DNA of 53,390 bases, taken from a virus (taxonomy: Duplodnaviria; Caudoviricetes). The translations under genes were made by a program, and so were the position numbers. The DNA is taken from IMG/VR virus record IMGVR_UViG_3300025307_000067, positions 1 to 53,390 of that record, one strand, 5' to 3'. Positions 9,359 through 18,638 of the stretch are shown piece after piece; position 1 is the stretch's first letter; every line of letters starts with the position of its first letter. The notes under the pieces are model-generated. The model was not told where the DNA came from. It made no database searches and saw only the letters and a program-made list of their open reading frames with translations.

Positions 9359-9592
9359 TCACTTGACCTCCTTCATGTCGGTGTAACCCATCATCTTGGC
9401 GGCCTCGATGGCCTTTTTCTGCTGCTGCTCAGCATTGATTGCGGCCATGACTCCTGCCATGCCCCATCCCCATGAACTGTGAGAAACATAGACACACTTG
9501 CCGGTTTCAGGGTTGGTCATAATGACGTTCATGGGTGTGGTTGCGCATCCAAAACAAAACAACATTGCTGCGATAATCATGATAGTTTTCAT
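9359..9592 (-). CDS. small lipoprotein
   Basis: Lipobox LFCFG-C. Confidence 0.6.
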   Translation of the reverse strand: MKTIMIIAAMLFCFGCATTPMNVIMTNPETGKCVYVSHSSWGWGMAGVMAAINAEQQQKKAIEAAKMMGYTDMKEVK

Positions 9593-9593
9593 C

Positions 9594-10484
9594 TTAATTC
9601 TCCTTTAGAAGTTCATTTTTGAGAGCATCTGCCTCACTCTGGTCCATGCTTCCAGGATCGCCTTTATCAAGAATCACATTCTCTGCTATCACTCCAACTC
9701 CAGACAAGGTCTTGCAAGCCTTTTCTGCCTGGGCTTGGGCTTCTGGCTCTCCGTCGTAAACAAAGAATACCTGTTCATACTTGGATAGAATCAGAAGCTG
9801 GGATTGGGTAAACTTAACTCCGAATGTCCCGGCAGTGTCGTCTCCGAACCTCCATACGTCTGTCACCCCCTCTACCACGAGAATAGATTGACCTCGGCAA
9901 TTATCAAGATTGTACAGGATCTTCTTGTGGCTAACTTCCTCGACATCTGGGCTGGCAGATTTATATTTTAGCTCTGCCTTGCCGGTTATGTCCCTGGCTT
10001 GCCAGCTTACCATCCGGCCTTGGTAGAAGATAGGAATGACAATCCTGTGAGGTAGATGACCAGCGGGTCCAGTGCCTAAGAGATTATATTTAGTTTCCAA
10101 AATCTCTGGATCAAAGTGCCGTCTGCGTAGATATTCTTTGTGTCTCATTTCCATCTTTTTGGTGCCCATTGGCAGTTTTAATTGACCAGTAGATTTCCTG
10201 GTTTTCAGTATTGGAATAATTGGCCGGAAATTTATTTCATATTGTATTCTCCTTTGACAAGCGACATGGTAGGGTACTCGTTCCAGAGCCATGATGATAT
10301 TTTCTATCGAATGGTTCCGGCAGCGCCAGCAGGAGTAGTAATCTTCTGGAGAAAAACCTCCGTGAAATGAAGGGTCGTTACAAAAAGGACATTTGATATT
10401 GATCCAACCATCGCTAACATTTTTTCCGCTGGTAATAAAAGAAATATTTCTGTCACGGAGATAAGATATGGTATCGAAGGTCAT
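9594..10484 (-). CDS. DNA primase (zinc finger + Toprim)
   Basis: CPFC...CWRC, RIVIPI, WQARDI, VVEGVTD, YDGE, DPG. Confidence 0.92.
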   Translation of the reverse strand: MTFDTISYLRDRNISFITSGKNVSDGWINIKCPFCNDPSFHGGFSPEDYYSCWRCRNHSIENIIMALERVPYHVACQRRIQYEINFRPIIPILKTRKSTGQLKLPMGTKKMEMRHKEYLRRRHFDPEILETKYNLLGTGPAGHLPHRIVIPIFYQGRMVSWQARDITGKAELKYKSASPDVEEVSHKKILYNLDNCRGQSILVVEGVTDVWRFGDDTAGTFGVKFTQSQLLILSKYEQVFFVYDGEPEAQAQAEKACKTLSGVGVIAENVILDKGDPGSMDQSEADALKNELLKEN

Positions 10485-10497
10485 ATGATTTTTTCCT

Positions 10498-11391
10498 TCA
10501 ATCTTTGTAGGGGACTCTTACTGGTTTGTTTTTTAGTTTTCTTCTAACCCAAGATTCTTTTATCTTCTTTTTGGCTTCTTCAGTATGTTGTTTGCCATAG
10601 AAATGGTTTTTCTCTCCTTTATGAGCCTCACTGTTCTTCCTTCGAGCTTCTTCTGAAGGAGCCTTATTATAGTTAGGATTCTTATTTCCTAATTTACCTT
10701 GCCTAATCTTTTCAATAGTTTTTGGAGTATGTTTTACCCCTTTATTCCAAGAAATTCTTCCTTTCCTTGCTTTACTTAAATTTTTTCGATGATCTTCTGA
10801 AAAAATCCTATTTTTGTAAAGTTGTCTTAGTTTTTGTTTGAACTCATCAGAACATATATGACCGCCGGATCCTTCTCCTCCATTCGTCATATTGGCAAGA
10901 ATACCTGTTCCATTATCGTGACGTCCATACAACTCTATAGCAGCCCTTTCGATATCAAAAGCGTCTTGTTCTGAAAGATTGTCAAGAAATATCTCTTCAG
11001 TGAAATCCAAACCCGACTTCCAAAGAGCGTGAATGATAGCTATTTTATATATTTTTCTTCCTGATTTATGCAATAGCTGCTGAGCTTCTTTTCGATGACA
11101 TTCATATCTATGATTTTGCCCCTTACCTACATAGAATGGGCAGGCCAGATTTGAATCTTCTGGGTCTTCCTTATCTGGCCTGCGCAGGTAGTAAATATAA
11201 AATCTCGTCAAGTTTTCTTTCCTGGAATCCGATTCCAAACCGCTTTGGTTAAGTCCTCCTGTTTTATCAACCATATTGGGCCGTATTTCTTGGCCTGGAT
11301 CTTGCCAGATTGGATCAATTGATGAATCCTGCCTGGAGTTAGGCTCAGTTTCTCCGCCGCTTGCCGTGTGGTTAACATTTTTAGTCCTCAT
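10498..11391 (-). CDS. GIY-YIG homing endonuclease with NUMOD3 repeats
   Basis: FYIYYL...PFYVGKG..R, LANMTNGGEG, HFYGKQHTEEAKKKI repeats; own TATAAT promoter. Confidence 0.88.
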   Translation of the reverse strand: MRTKNVNHTASGGETEPNSRQDSSIDPIWQDPGQEIRPNMVDKTGGLNQSGLESDSRKENLTRFYIYYLRRPDKEDPEDSNLACPFYVGKGQNHRYECHRKEAQQLLHKSGRKIYKIAIIHALWKSGLDFTEEIFLDNLSEQDAFDIERAAIELYGRHDNGTGILANMTNGGEGSGGHICSDEFKQKLRQLYKNRIFSEDHRKNLSKARKGRISWNKGVKHTPKTIEKIRQGKLGNKNPNYNKAPSEEARRKNSEAHKGEKNHFYGKQHTEEAKKKIKESWVRRKLKNKPVRVPYKD

Positions 11392-11452
11392 ATTAACTAT
11401 TATATATGGATATAATAGTTATACCAAGAATAAAATTACAGAATCAAACATA

Positions 11453-11677
11453 TCAGTTTGCTTTTTCGCAGTGACTTAAACAAACATGAAAGGTTTTGGT
11501 TCCTTGAGAGCCATGGAGATCTCCATGGTGGATGAGATTATTACAACCAAACACTGAGCAAGGAGTAGGTAATGGTCCATAAATGATATGACGGCGGATT
11601 TTAACCATTTTCCAATATCCAGTTCCAAAGATATTGGAATTAGTCCTTGCGGTGTCTCCTCTTTTTAGTTCGTTCAT
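11453..11677 (-). CDS. hypothetical protein
   Basis: AGGAGG RBS before MNELKRG; Cys/His-rich. Confidence 0.55.
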   Translation of the reverse strand: MNELKRGDTARTNSNIFGTGYWKMVKIRRHIIYGPLPTPCSVFGCNNLIHHGDLHGSQGTKTFHVCLSHCEKAN

Positions 11678-11919
11678 TATATCCCTCCTTTCCAGATTAA
11701 TACCTGACCTTTGCCGAGGCCAATGCCGATTCCATACTTGGAAAAACAAATAGTACACATATTGGCCCAGATACCAGTTATGGTTTTACCGTCCACTAAG
11801 GAGATGGGATTTGGGCAAAGATCGCAGCATTCTCGAATAGCAGTCAATACTGCTTTATCTGGTACTGCCAGCCCTTGCTCAAACAAATTTAAGGCTTCTC
11901 TGACTTGCTCTTTACTCAT
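11677..11919 (-). CDS. hypothetical zinc-finger protein
   Basis: CDLC...DGKT..G.WANMC..CF...G.G.G.GKGQ. Confidence 0.65.
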   Translation of the reverse strand: MSKEQVREALNLFEQGLAVPDKAVLTAIRECCDLCPNPISLVDGKTITGIWANMCTICFSKYGIGIGLGKGQVLIWKGGI

Positions 11920-12541
11920 AGGGCACCCGATTTTTGATAGTGACCGGCGTGAGTCCTCTCTTGACGATTCGCTCCAGATCTTCCCCGGTTTCATCACCTT
12001 TGACCACATATTCAACTGCGGTCGGGCGGAAGATTGAGAAGATGGCAGAAATATCTTTCTTTCCCTCGATTGGTTCGCGGATATCAGGATGGCTTATGGT
12101 AACAATTTCAGTGAGCACCTTCCTATGAGCCAATAACACCCAAGTCTCACCTAGTTTGAAATCTTTGGGGACTGCCCCGATGCGCCGACTGATACCCATC
12201 TCTCTGGCCTCTTGGAGAAAAATTTCTGGAGTCGGATAGAATTTCTCACCGATCCAGATAAGCCCGGCCTTACCAATTTGTCCAAAGTCATTCAATGGGC
12301 ATTTACATTGAGGGGCATCTGAGTGGAGCCCTGGACCATTGGGAAAGAACAATCTATCAGCATCTACCCACGTCCAAGCTCTGGCGGGTCGAATACCGGC
12401 ACCACAGCACGGACATACCGTGAGGGCAAATGGAAGTTTACAACAGTTTTGTCCAGTTGGTGGCCCAATTAGATATAAGCCACCCGGCTTGCGATATCCG
12501 CAGCCTCGTTTGCCCTCAATCTGGGTTTCGATTTTAATCAT
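11912..12541 (-). CDS. hypothetical phage protein
   Basis: RGCGYRKPGGLY, CPCC, WIGEKFY; strong RBS. Confidence 0.75.
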   Translation of the reverse strand: MIKIETQIEGKRGCGYRKPGGLYLIGPPTGQNCCKLPFALTVCPCCGAGIRPARAWTWVDADRLFFPNGPGLHSDAPQCKCPLNDFGQIGKAGLIWIGEKFYPTPEIFLQEAREMGISRRIGAVPKDFKLGETWVLLAHRKVLTEIVTISHPDIREPIEGKKDISAIFSIFRPTAVEYVVKGDETGEDLERIVKRGLTPVTIKNRVPYE

Positions 12542-13068
12542 ACATTTCTCCTCGCTGTTTTGGCCATATCACCAAGAATATCTTTGACCTTTGACAATCT
12601 GTCCAAGTTTTTAGTTAGGTCCAGGAGTCCTACTTTGAGGCCAGGAATAGCATCCTGGAGTTTACATAGGGAGTCGACGACCTTATTGAGATGGTCCAGC
12701 CAGTAGCCAGGCTCTGCTGGAGAATTACTCGATGTAAGGCCAAAATCATTTTTCAATTTCTTTATAGCTTTTTCTCCAGCTTTGGCATTTGCTTCTACTG
12801 CTGGACAAGGAAAACGAACAGGGAGAAATTCTTTGTCGGTTGAGATAAATTTCTTTCTCTTGTCTATGAATCCGACAAATTTGACGTACCCTTCCTTCAC
12901 CAGTTCGGAGATTGCTCTCGATACGGAAGAAATATCCATTCTATCCTCGAATAGAGCTTCCCAGATATCAGTCGGTCCAGCGCCTTCTGGATGTTGCATG
13001 AGAACTAGGTTTAAAGCGGTGTAAACCTCTTCCTGTAATTCTTGTGATATTTTTCTTGTCATCACCAT
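12538..13068 (-). CDS. wHTH DNA-binding protein
   Basis: ISSVSRAISELVKEGYV (MarR-like wHTH). Confidence 0.65.
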   Translation of the reverse strand: MVMTRKISQELQEEVYTALNLVLMQHPEGAGPTDIWEALFEDRMDISSVSRAISELVKEGYVKFVGFIDKRKKFISTDKEFLPVRFPCPAVEANAKAGEKAIKKLKNDFGLTSSNSPAEPGYWLDHLNKVVDSLCKLQDAIPGLKVGLLDLTKNLDRLSKVKDILGDMAKTARRNV

Positions 13069-13286
13069 GTCCTCCCAAACATCCAGCCAAACAATGCTCC
13101 GATGGCCAGACAGAAAGTTACTTCAATTCCCCAGATTATCCAGACCTTGCGGTTGGCTTGCTTGGCTTCTGGGCTGAGTCTGGATTTCCTGATTTCTTTC
13201 CAGTTGTTGGTCATGATAATTCTCCTTTTTTTAATATTTAAGCATAATTTGGAAGAATTCTTGGGGTAGACAGAGATCTCCATCAA
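13062..13286 (-). CDS. small membrane protein
   Basis: C-terminal TM helix; start uncertain. Confidence 0.45.
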   Translation of the reverse strand: MMEISVYPKNSSKLCLNIKKRRIIMTNNWKEIRKSRLSPEAKQANRKVWIIWGIEVTFCLAIGALFGWMFGRTW

Positions 13287-13479
13287 ACATATTCTCCGAG
13301 GCTTCTTTCACATTATCAAGAAACGCCTTTCTTAACCAGCGCGCCATCTTTCTCTTCTCCCGGTTTGATTCCCGACGGATTTGTAATTGAGAGCGAAGAT
13401 GTATCTCAAGTTCATCTGGACTGAAAACACTAGGAAATCCAGTCCACTTCTCAGCAATTTGGTTAAGTCGAGATTTCAT
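13231..13479 (-). CDS. hypothetical protein
   Basis: ATGA overlap with helicase stop, RBS present. Confidence 0.55.
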   Translation of the reverse strand: MKSRLNQIAEKWTGFPSVFSPDELEIHLRSQLQIRRESNREKRKMARWLRKAFLDNVKEASENMFDGDLCLPQEFFQIMLKY

Positions 13480-16184
13480 TTCCTCTCCTTTTTCATTTTC
13501 TTGAGCAGTTCGCCCAGGATGGAATGTTTCTCAACTTCCTTGCCGTCGAGGACCTGGCTTAACACCTCAGCCTTTTCATCGAGCATAACGGCGATGTCTT
13601 CCTCAATGGTGTCCTCGGCTACCAGATAATAGACGTTAACGGTTTCTTCCTGGCCGATACGATGGGCGCGGTCCTCTGCCTGCTGGTGCTCGCCGGGCGT
13701 CCATCCCATTTCTACGAACGCTACGTGGGTAGCAGCGGTCAACGTGATACCTACGCCGGCAGCTTTCGTGTTGCCAACAAAGACCTTAATATCGGGGTCG
13801 GTTTGGAAATCGTCAACAGCCTTTTGACGTTGCTCCTGATTTTCCTTACCAGTGAGGCGAACCGCCTGCTTACCAAACTCGGCCATCAAAGCATCCACCA
13901 TCCAATGATGTACGGCAAACACGATGATCTTTTCATCCTGGTCTACAACGTCTCTGATCCAGGAGAGAGCGGATTGGAGCTTGCCACGGGCCGCCAGCTG
14001 CTTGAGTTTGCCAATGGCCACTAAAGCCTCTGCCGCAGACGCTCTCTCCGCCGCTTCTACACCTTCGGTACGCTCTAACCAACCCAGGAAGTCACGGACC
14101 GCTTCATTATACTCACTGCGGTTTTCCAACTCAAGAGGAACTACCGATCTGATTTTAGCCGGGAGGTCCTTGAGAACGTCCTTCTTGAGGCGGCGGATCA
14201 TTAAGGTCTTGGTGAGGATCTGGTGGAGTTCCTCAGTGTTGCTGGCACCAGAGTAATCCATGGCAAATCCATTAAACTTCGGAGCGCAGAACTTGTTGGC
14301 AAACTTGAACCAAGACGGAAACACCGTCGGATTCACTATGCTGATCGCATTGTAGAATTCGATGGGTCTATTGACAATAGGAGTACCGGACATAGCGATC
14401 ACATGCGGTACGCCTTTGGCCAGATCGCGAACGGCGAGCGTCCGTTGAGCCTTATTGTTTTTGACATAGTGGCTCTCATCAATGACCACCGCCTTAGGGT
14501 TGAGTTTCTTGAGGATCGGATTCCACTTTTTCAAGATGTCGTAATTGATGATGATCACGGAGACGGCTGGCAAAGCCAACTCTTGGCCATTGCCATTTGG
14601 GCTGCCAGACAGGATCATAACGGTTTCTTGTGAACGATCCATCCACTTGTAAGCCTCCCGCCGCCAATTCAGTTTCAAGCTGGCGGGGACTACGATAACT
14701 GCGGGTCTGGCTTCGGGATGGATTCTCAGCCATGCCAGGGTGATAATAGTTTTACCCAAGCCCATTTCATGTGCAACTAACGCTCTCCCTTGTCGACTTT
14801 CAAGGAAGTCAACGCTTTCTTTTTGAAAGGAGAATAGTTTTTCAAAGCCTGGTGGATTTTGGCTTAGTGCTTTAAGCGTAGAACAGTCCAGCCAAGGGCT
14901 TCCAATACTTTGGTTTTCTTGGCGTCTGTGATTTTGCTCTCCTTGCTGTTGTGGAGCCCACTGTCCACTTCTATTGCCACCATCGCGATCGGATCTGCGA
15001 AGTCGACTTTGTAGACAGTCGCGGCACTCGGGAAGGAAGCAATCACTGATTTGGTTTTCACCGGATATTCTCGGATGAACCCCTGCTCCCTCAGAAGACT
15101 GTCCAGATAACCGATAATGTCTGTCATTTCCTGTCCGTTGCCTCCCCGGAAATTCACTCCGTGTTTCTTTCTGGCCATCTCCAATCCCTTGAGATGTTTG
15201 CCCCTGACTTCTGGACGATGCATTGCTTCTTTGGTGGCTTTGGACACCTTCTCTCTCCAGGCTTCGTCTTGGGCATTCTCTATTAACTTCTCTCGGACTT
15301 TGGCCCTGACATCTGGGGTTCTCCCCTTTTCGAGGTTCTTTTTGTTCGATTCGTCTCTCACTTTGCTCGGCTTTCTGACGTAAACTCCCTTCGGCATTTT
15401 TCCTACCCCCATGGTTTTTAATTTCATTATATAATGGGCATAGGGAAAAATAAAGAATATTATTTATCTCTCCAGGTTTGTGCCCTTCCAGGTAGTTTTT
15501 CAGGTTGTCGTCCTGAGTGAACTGCCACTTCTCCAGGAGTTCCATGAGCTGGATGCTGGCGGGCACTTCCCAGAAGAACTTGTCAGGGTTCCAATGTCGG
15601 CTTGGGCAATCTTTGACTTCCTCTTTGATGGTTTCAAAATCTCTGTCTTTACGGTCCCAAAACAGCCGAATTTTTTCGTCCTCGAGCCATGCCGTCCTGG
15701 GCCGTAATGCTGGCGCAGCCATGGGCTCAGGCGCTTGAGCGCCGAGGTTTTTAATCCGTTCGAGGTCCTTAATATAGACCCTGGCTTGGGGGAGGATAGA
15801 CATCACCCGATTCAGGATTTCTTTACTGGCCGGGACGGACCAAAGGCGGGACCCGGTGAAGTCAAAGTTCCAACCTTGGATAGCCTTGATTTCTTTTCTG
15901 ATCGAACCGTCCTCATCGAACTTGAAACGGACGACGAAACGGTCGCCTTTGGCGTTTAGGGAAACGATGCTGGGGCCGTCATTCATGGCCGCAGCAATGA
16001 GGTTCGGGTCCATCTCCATATTGAGGCGAGCCAATTCTTGCTGGCAGATACCCCAATGGTTGGAGCATTCAGGCCCAATGCCTGCAGCGTAACTGTCTGG
16101 ATGGGTAAGTTCTCTGCCGCACCGCCTGCAGAAAACGTCCGGTCGCCTGTCAAGCGTTTCTATGACGGCTTTATCGGGGTTCAT
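13476..16184 (-). CDS. SNF2-family (SMARCAL1/HARP-like) helicase with N-terminal zinc finger; carries a ~200-aa non-helicase insert
   Basis: CRRCGRELTHPDS..GIGPEC finger, two HARP-like repeats, HEMGLGKT, IDESH, SGTPIVN, GVGITLT, QAEDRAHRIGQ. Confidence 0.9.
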   Translation of the reverse strand: MNPDKAVIETLDRRPDVFCRRCGRELTHPDSYAAGIGPECSNHWGICQQELARLNMEMDPNLIAAAMNDGPSIVSLNAKGDRFVVRFKFDEDGSIRKEIKAIQGWNFDFTGSRLWSVPASKEILNRVMSILPQARVYIKDLERIKNLGAQAPEPMAAPALRPRTAWLEDEKIRLFWDRKDRDFETIKEEVKDCPSRHWNPDKFFWEVPASIQLMELLEKWQFTQDDNLKNYLEGHKPGEINNILYFSLCPLYNEIKNHGGRKNAEGSLRQKAEQSERRIEQKEPRKGENPRCQGQSPREVNRECPRRSLEREGVQSHQRSNASSRSQGQTSQGIGDGQKETRSEFPGRQRTGNDRHYRLSGQSSEGAGVHPRISGENQISDCFLPECRDCLQSRLRRSDRDGGNRSGQWAPQQQGEQNHRRQENQSIGSPWLDCSTLKALSQNPPGFEKLFSFQKESVDFLESRQGRALVAHEMGLGKTIITLAWLRIHPEARPAVIVVPASLKLNWRREAYKWMDRSQETVMILSGSPNGNGQELALPAVSVIIINYDILKKWNPILKKLNPKAVVIDESHYVKNNKAQRTLAVRDLAKGVPHVIAMSGTPIVNRPIEFYNAISIVNPTVFPSWFKFANKFCAPKFNGFAMDYSGASNTEELHQILTKTLMIRRLKKDVLKDLPAKIRSVVPLELENRSEYNEAVRDFLGWLERTEGVEAAERASAAEALVAIGKLKQLAARGKLQSALSWIRDVVDQDEKIIVFAVHHWMVDALMAEFGKQAVRLTGKENQEQRQKAVDDFQTDPDIKVFVGNTKAAGVGITLTAATHVAFVEMGWTPGEHQQAEDRAHRIGQEETVNVYYLVAEDTIEEDIAVMLDEKAEVLSQVLDGKEVEKHSILGELLKKMKKERK
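14864..15397 (-). CDS. nested homing endonuclease (DUF559/Vsr-like PD-(D/E)xK) in an alternative frame of the helicase
   Basis: MPKGVYVRK start, basic NUMOD-like helices, EYPV..YKVDFA..VAIEVDSGLH...D..K...L...GWTVLRL; TATAAT at ~15430. Confidence 0.85.
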   Translation of the reverse strand: MPKGVYVRKPSKVRDESNKKNLEKGRTPDVRAKVREKLIENAQDEAWREKVSKATKEAMHRPEVRGKHLKGLEMARKKHGVNFRGGNGQEMTDIIGYLDSLLREQGFIREYPVKTKSVIASFPSAATVYKVDFADPIAMVAIEVDSGLHNSKESKITDAKKTKVLEALGWTVLRLKH

Positions 16185-16217
16185 AATTTAACTCCTTTAC
16201 TTATTATAGGATTTCTT

Positions 16218-16278
16218 CCTCATCATCAGGCCAGAAATTCATCTGGCGTTCCCCGACCCTCAACCGGGGAATTCGAGG
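16218..16278 (-). ncRNA. hammerhead ribozyme, type II, U15.1-A16.1 variant
   Basis: CCUC-GAA-UUCCCCG/CGGGGAA-C-GCCAGA/UCUGGC-CUGAUGA-U-GAGG. Confidence 0.8.
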
Positions 16279-16284
16279 TGTTGG

Positions 16285-16878
16285 TTATAATCCCGCGTCG
16301 AAACCTTGGACTTCTTCGATCTGCGCCTGTACGAGCTCTACTTTGGCCTCTTCTCCCCGAGTTTCCCATTCTTCTTTCTCGGTTTCGTATTCAGTCTGAC
16401 GCTCTTCGAACTCCTCGTCGGTCTCCTCCTTTTCTTTTTCGGGCTCTTCGGGCTCTTCCTCGTCGAACTCGAAGTCCAGGTCAACTCCCTCCAGGTCAGA
16501 AATCCAGCCATCCAACCCATCCACCCGTTCCTGGAGGAGCTGGCCGGTGTCTCCCTGCTGCAAACCTTCGGGCATATTATCAAGATTGCCTTGGGTTTCG
16601 TCCCGGAGATTTTCGATGTTGCCAATGATCTCTTCGATCTGAGATTTCAGATCCTCGGCGGACTCGGCGGTCAGATTCTCGATCTGCTCCTGGATGGAGT
16701 AATACTCCTGCAGGAAAGGGCTGCCGGTGAGCTGGCTGGGCTTGGGCGGAGTCAACGACCGGTAGGTCCGGCTACTTCTCGGCCCGGTCATGACGGACCA
16801 GGTGTAATGTTCGTCTCCCTTCTTAATACCAAACTCGGGATAATCTTTCCGACCTTTCACTTTAAAAACTTTAGGCAT
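16285..16878 (-). CDS. acidic coiled-coil hypothetical protein
   Basis: PKPSQLTGS, LDNMPEGLQ; very Glu-rich C-terminus. Confidence 0.8.
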   Translation of the reverse strand: MPKVFKVKGRKDYPEFGIKKGDEHYTWSVMTGPRSSRTYRSLTPPKPSQLTGSPFLQEYYSIQEQIENLTAESAEDLKSQIEEIIGNIENLRDETQGNLDNMPEGLQQGDTGQLLQERVDGLDGWISDLEGVDLDFEFDEEEPEEPEKEKEETDEEFEERQTEYETEKEEWETRGEEAKVELVQAQIEEVQGFDAGL

Positions 16879-16904
16879 TTTCTTTCTCCTTGATTAGATT
16901 TGTT

Positions 16905-17522
16905 TTATAACTCCTTCAACATCATTTTAATCTCACCAAAAACCTGGTCGATCTTCTTTGGTTTCCAACCCAGGCTATGGAGGAAGGTCCGAATGGAACT
17001 CTGGCTTGGCCGGATCCAGCGGATGGTCCAGTCAACCAATTCCTGAGGACTGCCCAGAACCAGATAAACAACTTCCAAAGCCTCTTTACTGAGGCTGGCC
17101 AACCCAGCCCGGAATTTGGTTTCCTCGAAGGGGCTGGGTCGTTCGTCGGCTATCTGGATACCAAGGTCCAAATCATCTAATGATGATAAGACACTTGAGC
17201 GGTGTTCTTCCGACGGGCTGAACATATTGTTTTGATATGTATGTCCAACTCTTCCATAACCATCTTCGAGAAGAATTGTGTTTTTCTCCTCTGTTGGACA
17301 ATTGATACAGCCTTTGATTCTTCCCATTTGATCCTGGAGTTGATACCAAAGGTGGGTTGAAAACATGCCTTTGTTTGGATCCCAGGTTTTGATCGCTTGC
17401 ATGAACCCGAGAGAGCCGAGGCTGACCAGTTCGTCGAAATCCAAGGAAGGATTTGTTTTGATCTTTTTCCAGGCTACCTTCCTGATCATATTGACGTAGT
17501 CGGAGTATTGAGGTTCTGACAT
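16905..17522 (-). CDS. phage sigma-70-family factor
   Basis: Region 2: DFDELVSLGSLGFMQAIKTWDPNKGMFSTHL. Confidence 0.8.
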   Translation of the reverse strand: MSEPQYSDYVNMIRKVAWKKIKTNPSLDFDELVSLGSLGFMQAIKTWDPNKGMFSTHLWYQLQDQMGRIKGCINCPTEEKNTILLEDGYGRVGHTYQNNMFSPSEEHRSSVLSSLDDLDLGIQIADERPSPFEETKFRAGLASLSKEALEVVYLVLGSPQELVDWTIRWIRPSQSSIRTFLHSLGWKPKKIDQVFGEIKMMLKEL

Positions 17523-17531
17523 AACTTTTCC

Positions 17532-17786
17532 TTAACTGTAGACCAGCCGCCCCGGCTCTTCGGACCGGATGCTAATCCCCCACTCGTAAGCCAACGGACG
17601 GATCGCCCTCAACACCGCGGCGTTCCACTTGGTGTAGCCCTTGAGCAAGGCTTTGGGGGTAATGATAAACTGCCCTTTCACCTTGTAGACCTTGGCGTTC
17701 AGGTCTCTGACCAGGTCGGCAAAGTTCTTTCTGACTTGCCTCTTGCTGTACCTCTTCGCATTGTTACTCATTTGTGTACCCTCCAA
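17532..17786 (-). CDS. hypothetical basic protein
   Basis: GGAGG RBS; likely start at MSNNAK. Confidence 0.6.
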   Translation of the reverse strand: MEGTQMSNNAKRYSKRQVRKNFADLVRDLNAKVYKVKGQFIITPKALLKGYTKWNAAVLRAIRPLAYEWGISIRSEEPGRLVYS

Positions 17787-17801
17787 AATTTAATTTCTGA
17801 T

Positions 17802-17864
17802 ATCCATCATCAGACCTGGAATTCACCAGGTTTCCCCGTGCACCTCCGGGCCGGGGATTCGGAT
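17802..17864 (-). ncRNA. hammerhead ribozyme, type II, U15.1-A16.1 variant
   Basis: AUCC-GAA-UCCCCG/CGGGGA-A-ACCUGG/CCAGGU-CUGAUGA-U-GGAU. Confidence 0.8.
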
Positions 17865-17867
17865 TGA

Positions 17868-18092
17868 TTACCGATAAAGATCAACAAATTCTCCGAAATA
17901 CTTATCGAAGGTCTGCACCGCGTTTTCGTAGTCGCTCGACATCATTTCCTTCTGAATCTGGTCGAAGTCAAGTCCCAGCTGTTTGGCAAGGGTTTTGGCT
18001 GTACCGATCAAGAAGAAAACATTTCCCTCTGGGCCAGTCAGATCAATCTTTCTTTTGCCCTTGGGAAGAGCATCAATAGATTTGATTGTCAT
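17868..18092 (-). CDS. conserved phage hypothetical protein
   Basis: IDLTGPEGNVFFLIG...MMSSDYE...FDKYFG, a pattern I recognise from small phage proteins. Confidence 0.75.
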   Translation of the reverse strand: MTIKSIDALPKGKRKIDLTGPEGNVFFLIGTAKTLAKQLGLDFDQIQKEMMSSDYENAVQTFDKYFGEFVDLYR

Positions 18093-18352
18093 ATCTTGGC
18101 CTCCCGAATCTTCTTGTGGTAGTCGGCTCCCTTGCAGCGGATTGCCTCGCCATTATAGGCACGTTTCATAGCCTTGACAATTGCCTCACTCGGAGGCCCC
18201 TGCCATCTAGGAGTGGAGAAAACCTCAGGATTGTCAAATCTGGCACAATGGAGGCAATCATACCACACCCAACGACGACCACGACTCCTTCTCATGGCAC
18301 CATGATCTCCGCCATATGGTTTGAACCATAGGCAATCTCGATTTGTAGCCAT
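18089..18352 (-). CDS. hypothetical protein
   Basis: AGGAGG RBS before MATNRD. Confidence 0.55.
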   Translation of the reverse strand: MATNRDCLWFKPYGGDHGAMRRSRGRRWVWYDCLHCARFDNPEVFSTPRWQGPPSEAIVKAMKRAYNGEAIRCKGADYHKKIREAKI

Positions 18353-18362
18353 AATTGTCCTC

Positions 18363-18638
18363 CTATAAATACGGAATCCGTATCGGTTTGGGCTCCAAAG
18401 CCTTCTTGGCCAACTTACGATAATACCGCCACCGGGGACACCTATTGCCACATCCAGCATTCATGTACAACTCCGGCTTGAACCCCCTTGCCCTGCACTT
18501 TTCATCAGACATTTGTGGATAGGGTTCGATGTGCCAGCATTTGAATATCTGGAATGGATTGAAAATCTCAGGTGGCTCCCAGGAGTAAAATCGCCTCTGG
18601 TTTTCGAGGATAAGTGCTACTTGTTCAGATTTTGTCAT
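18363..18638 (-). CDS. hypothetical protein ending in KPIRIPYL
   Basis: ATGA overlap with upstream gene. Confidence 0.6.
   Translation of the reverse strand: MTKSEQVALILENQRRFYSWEPPEIFNPFQIFKCWHIEPYPQMSDEKCRARGFKPELYMNAGCGNRCPRWRYYRKLAKKALEPKPIRIPYL

Noticed and set aside
14864-15470. Group I intron or intein in the helicase
   Set aside because: Too little flanking sequence for an intron core, no P7 motifs seen, and no C...HN intein ends
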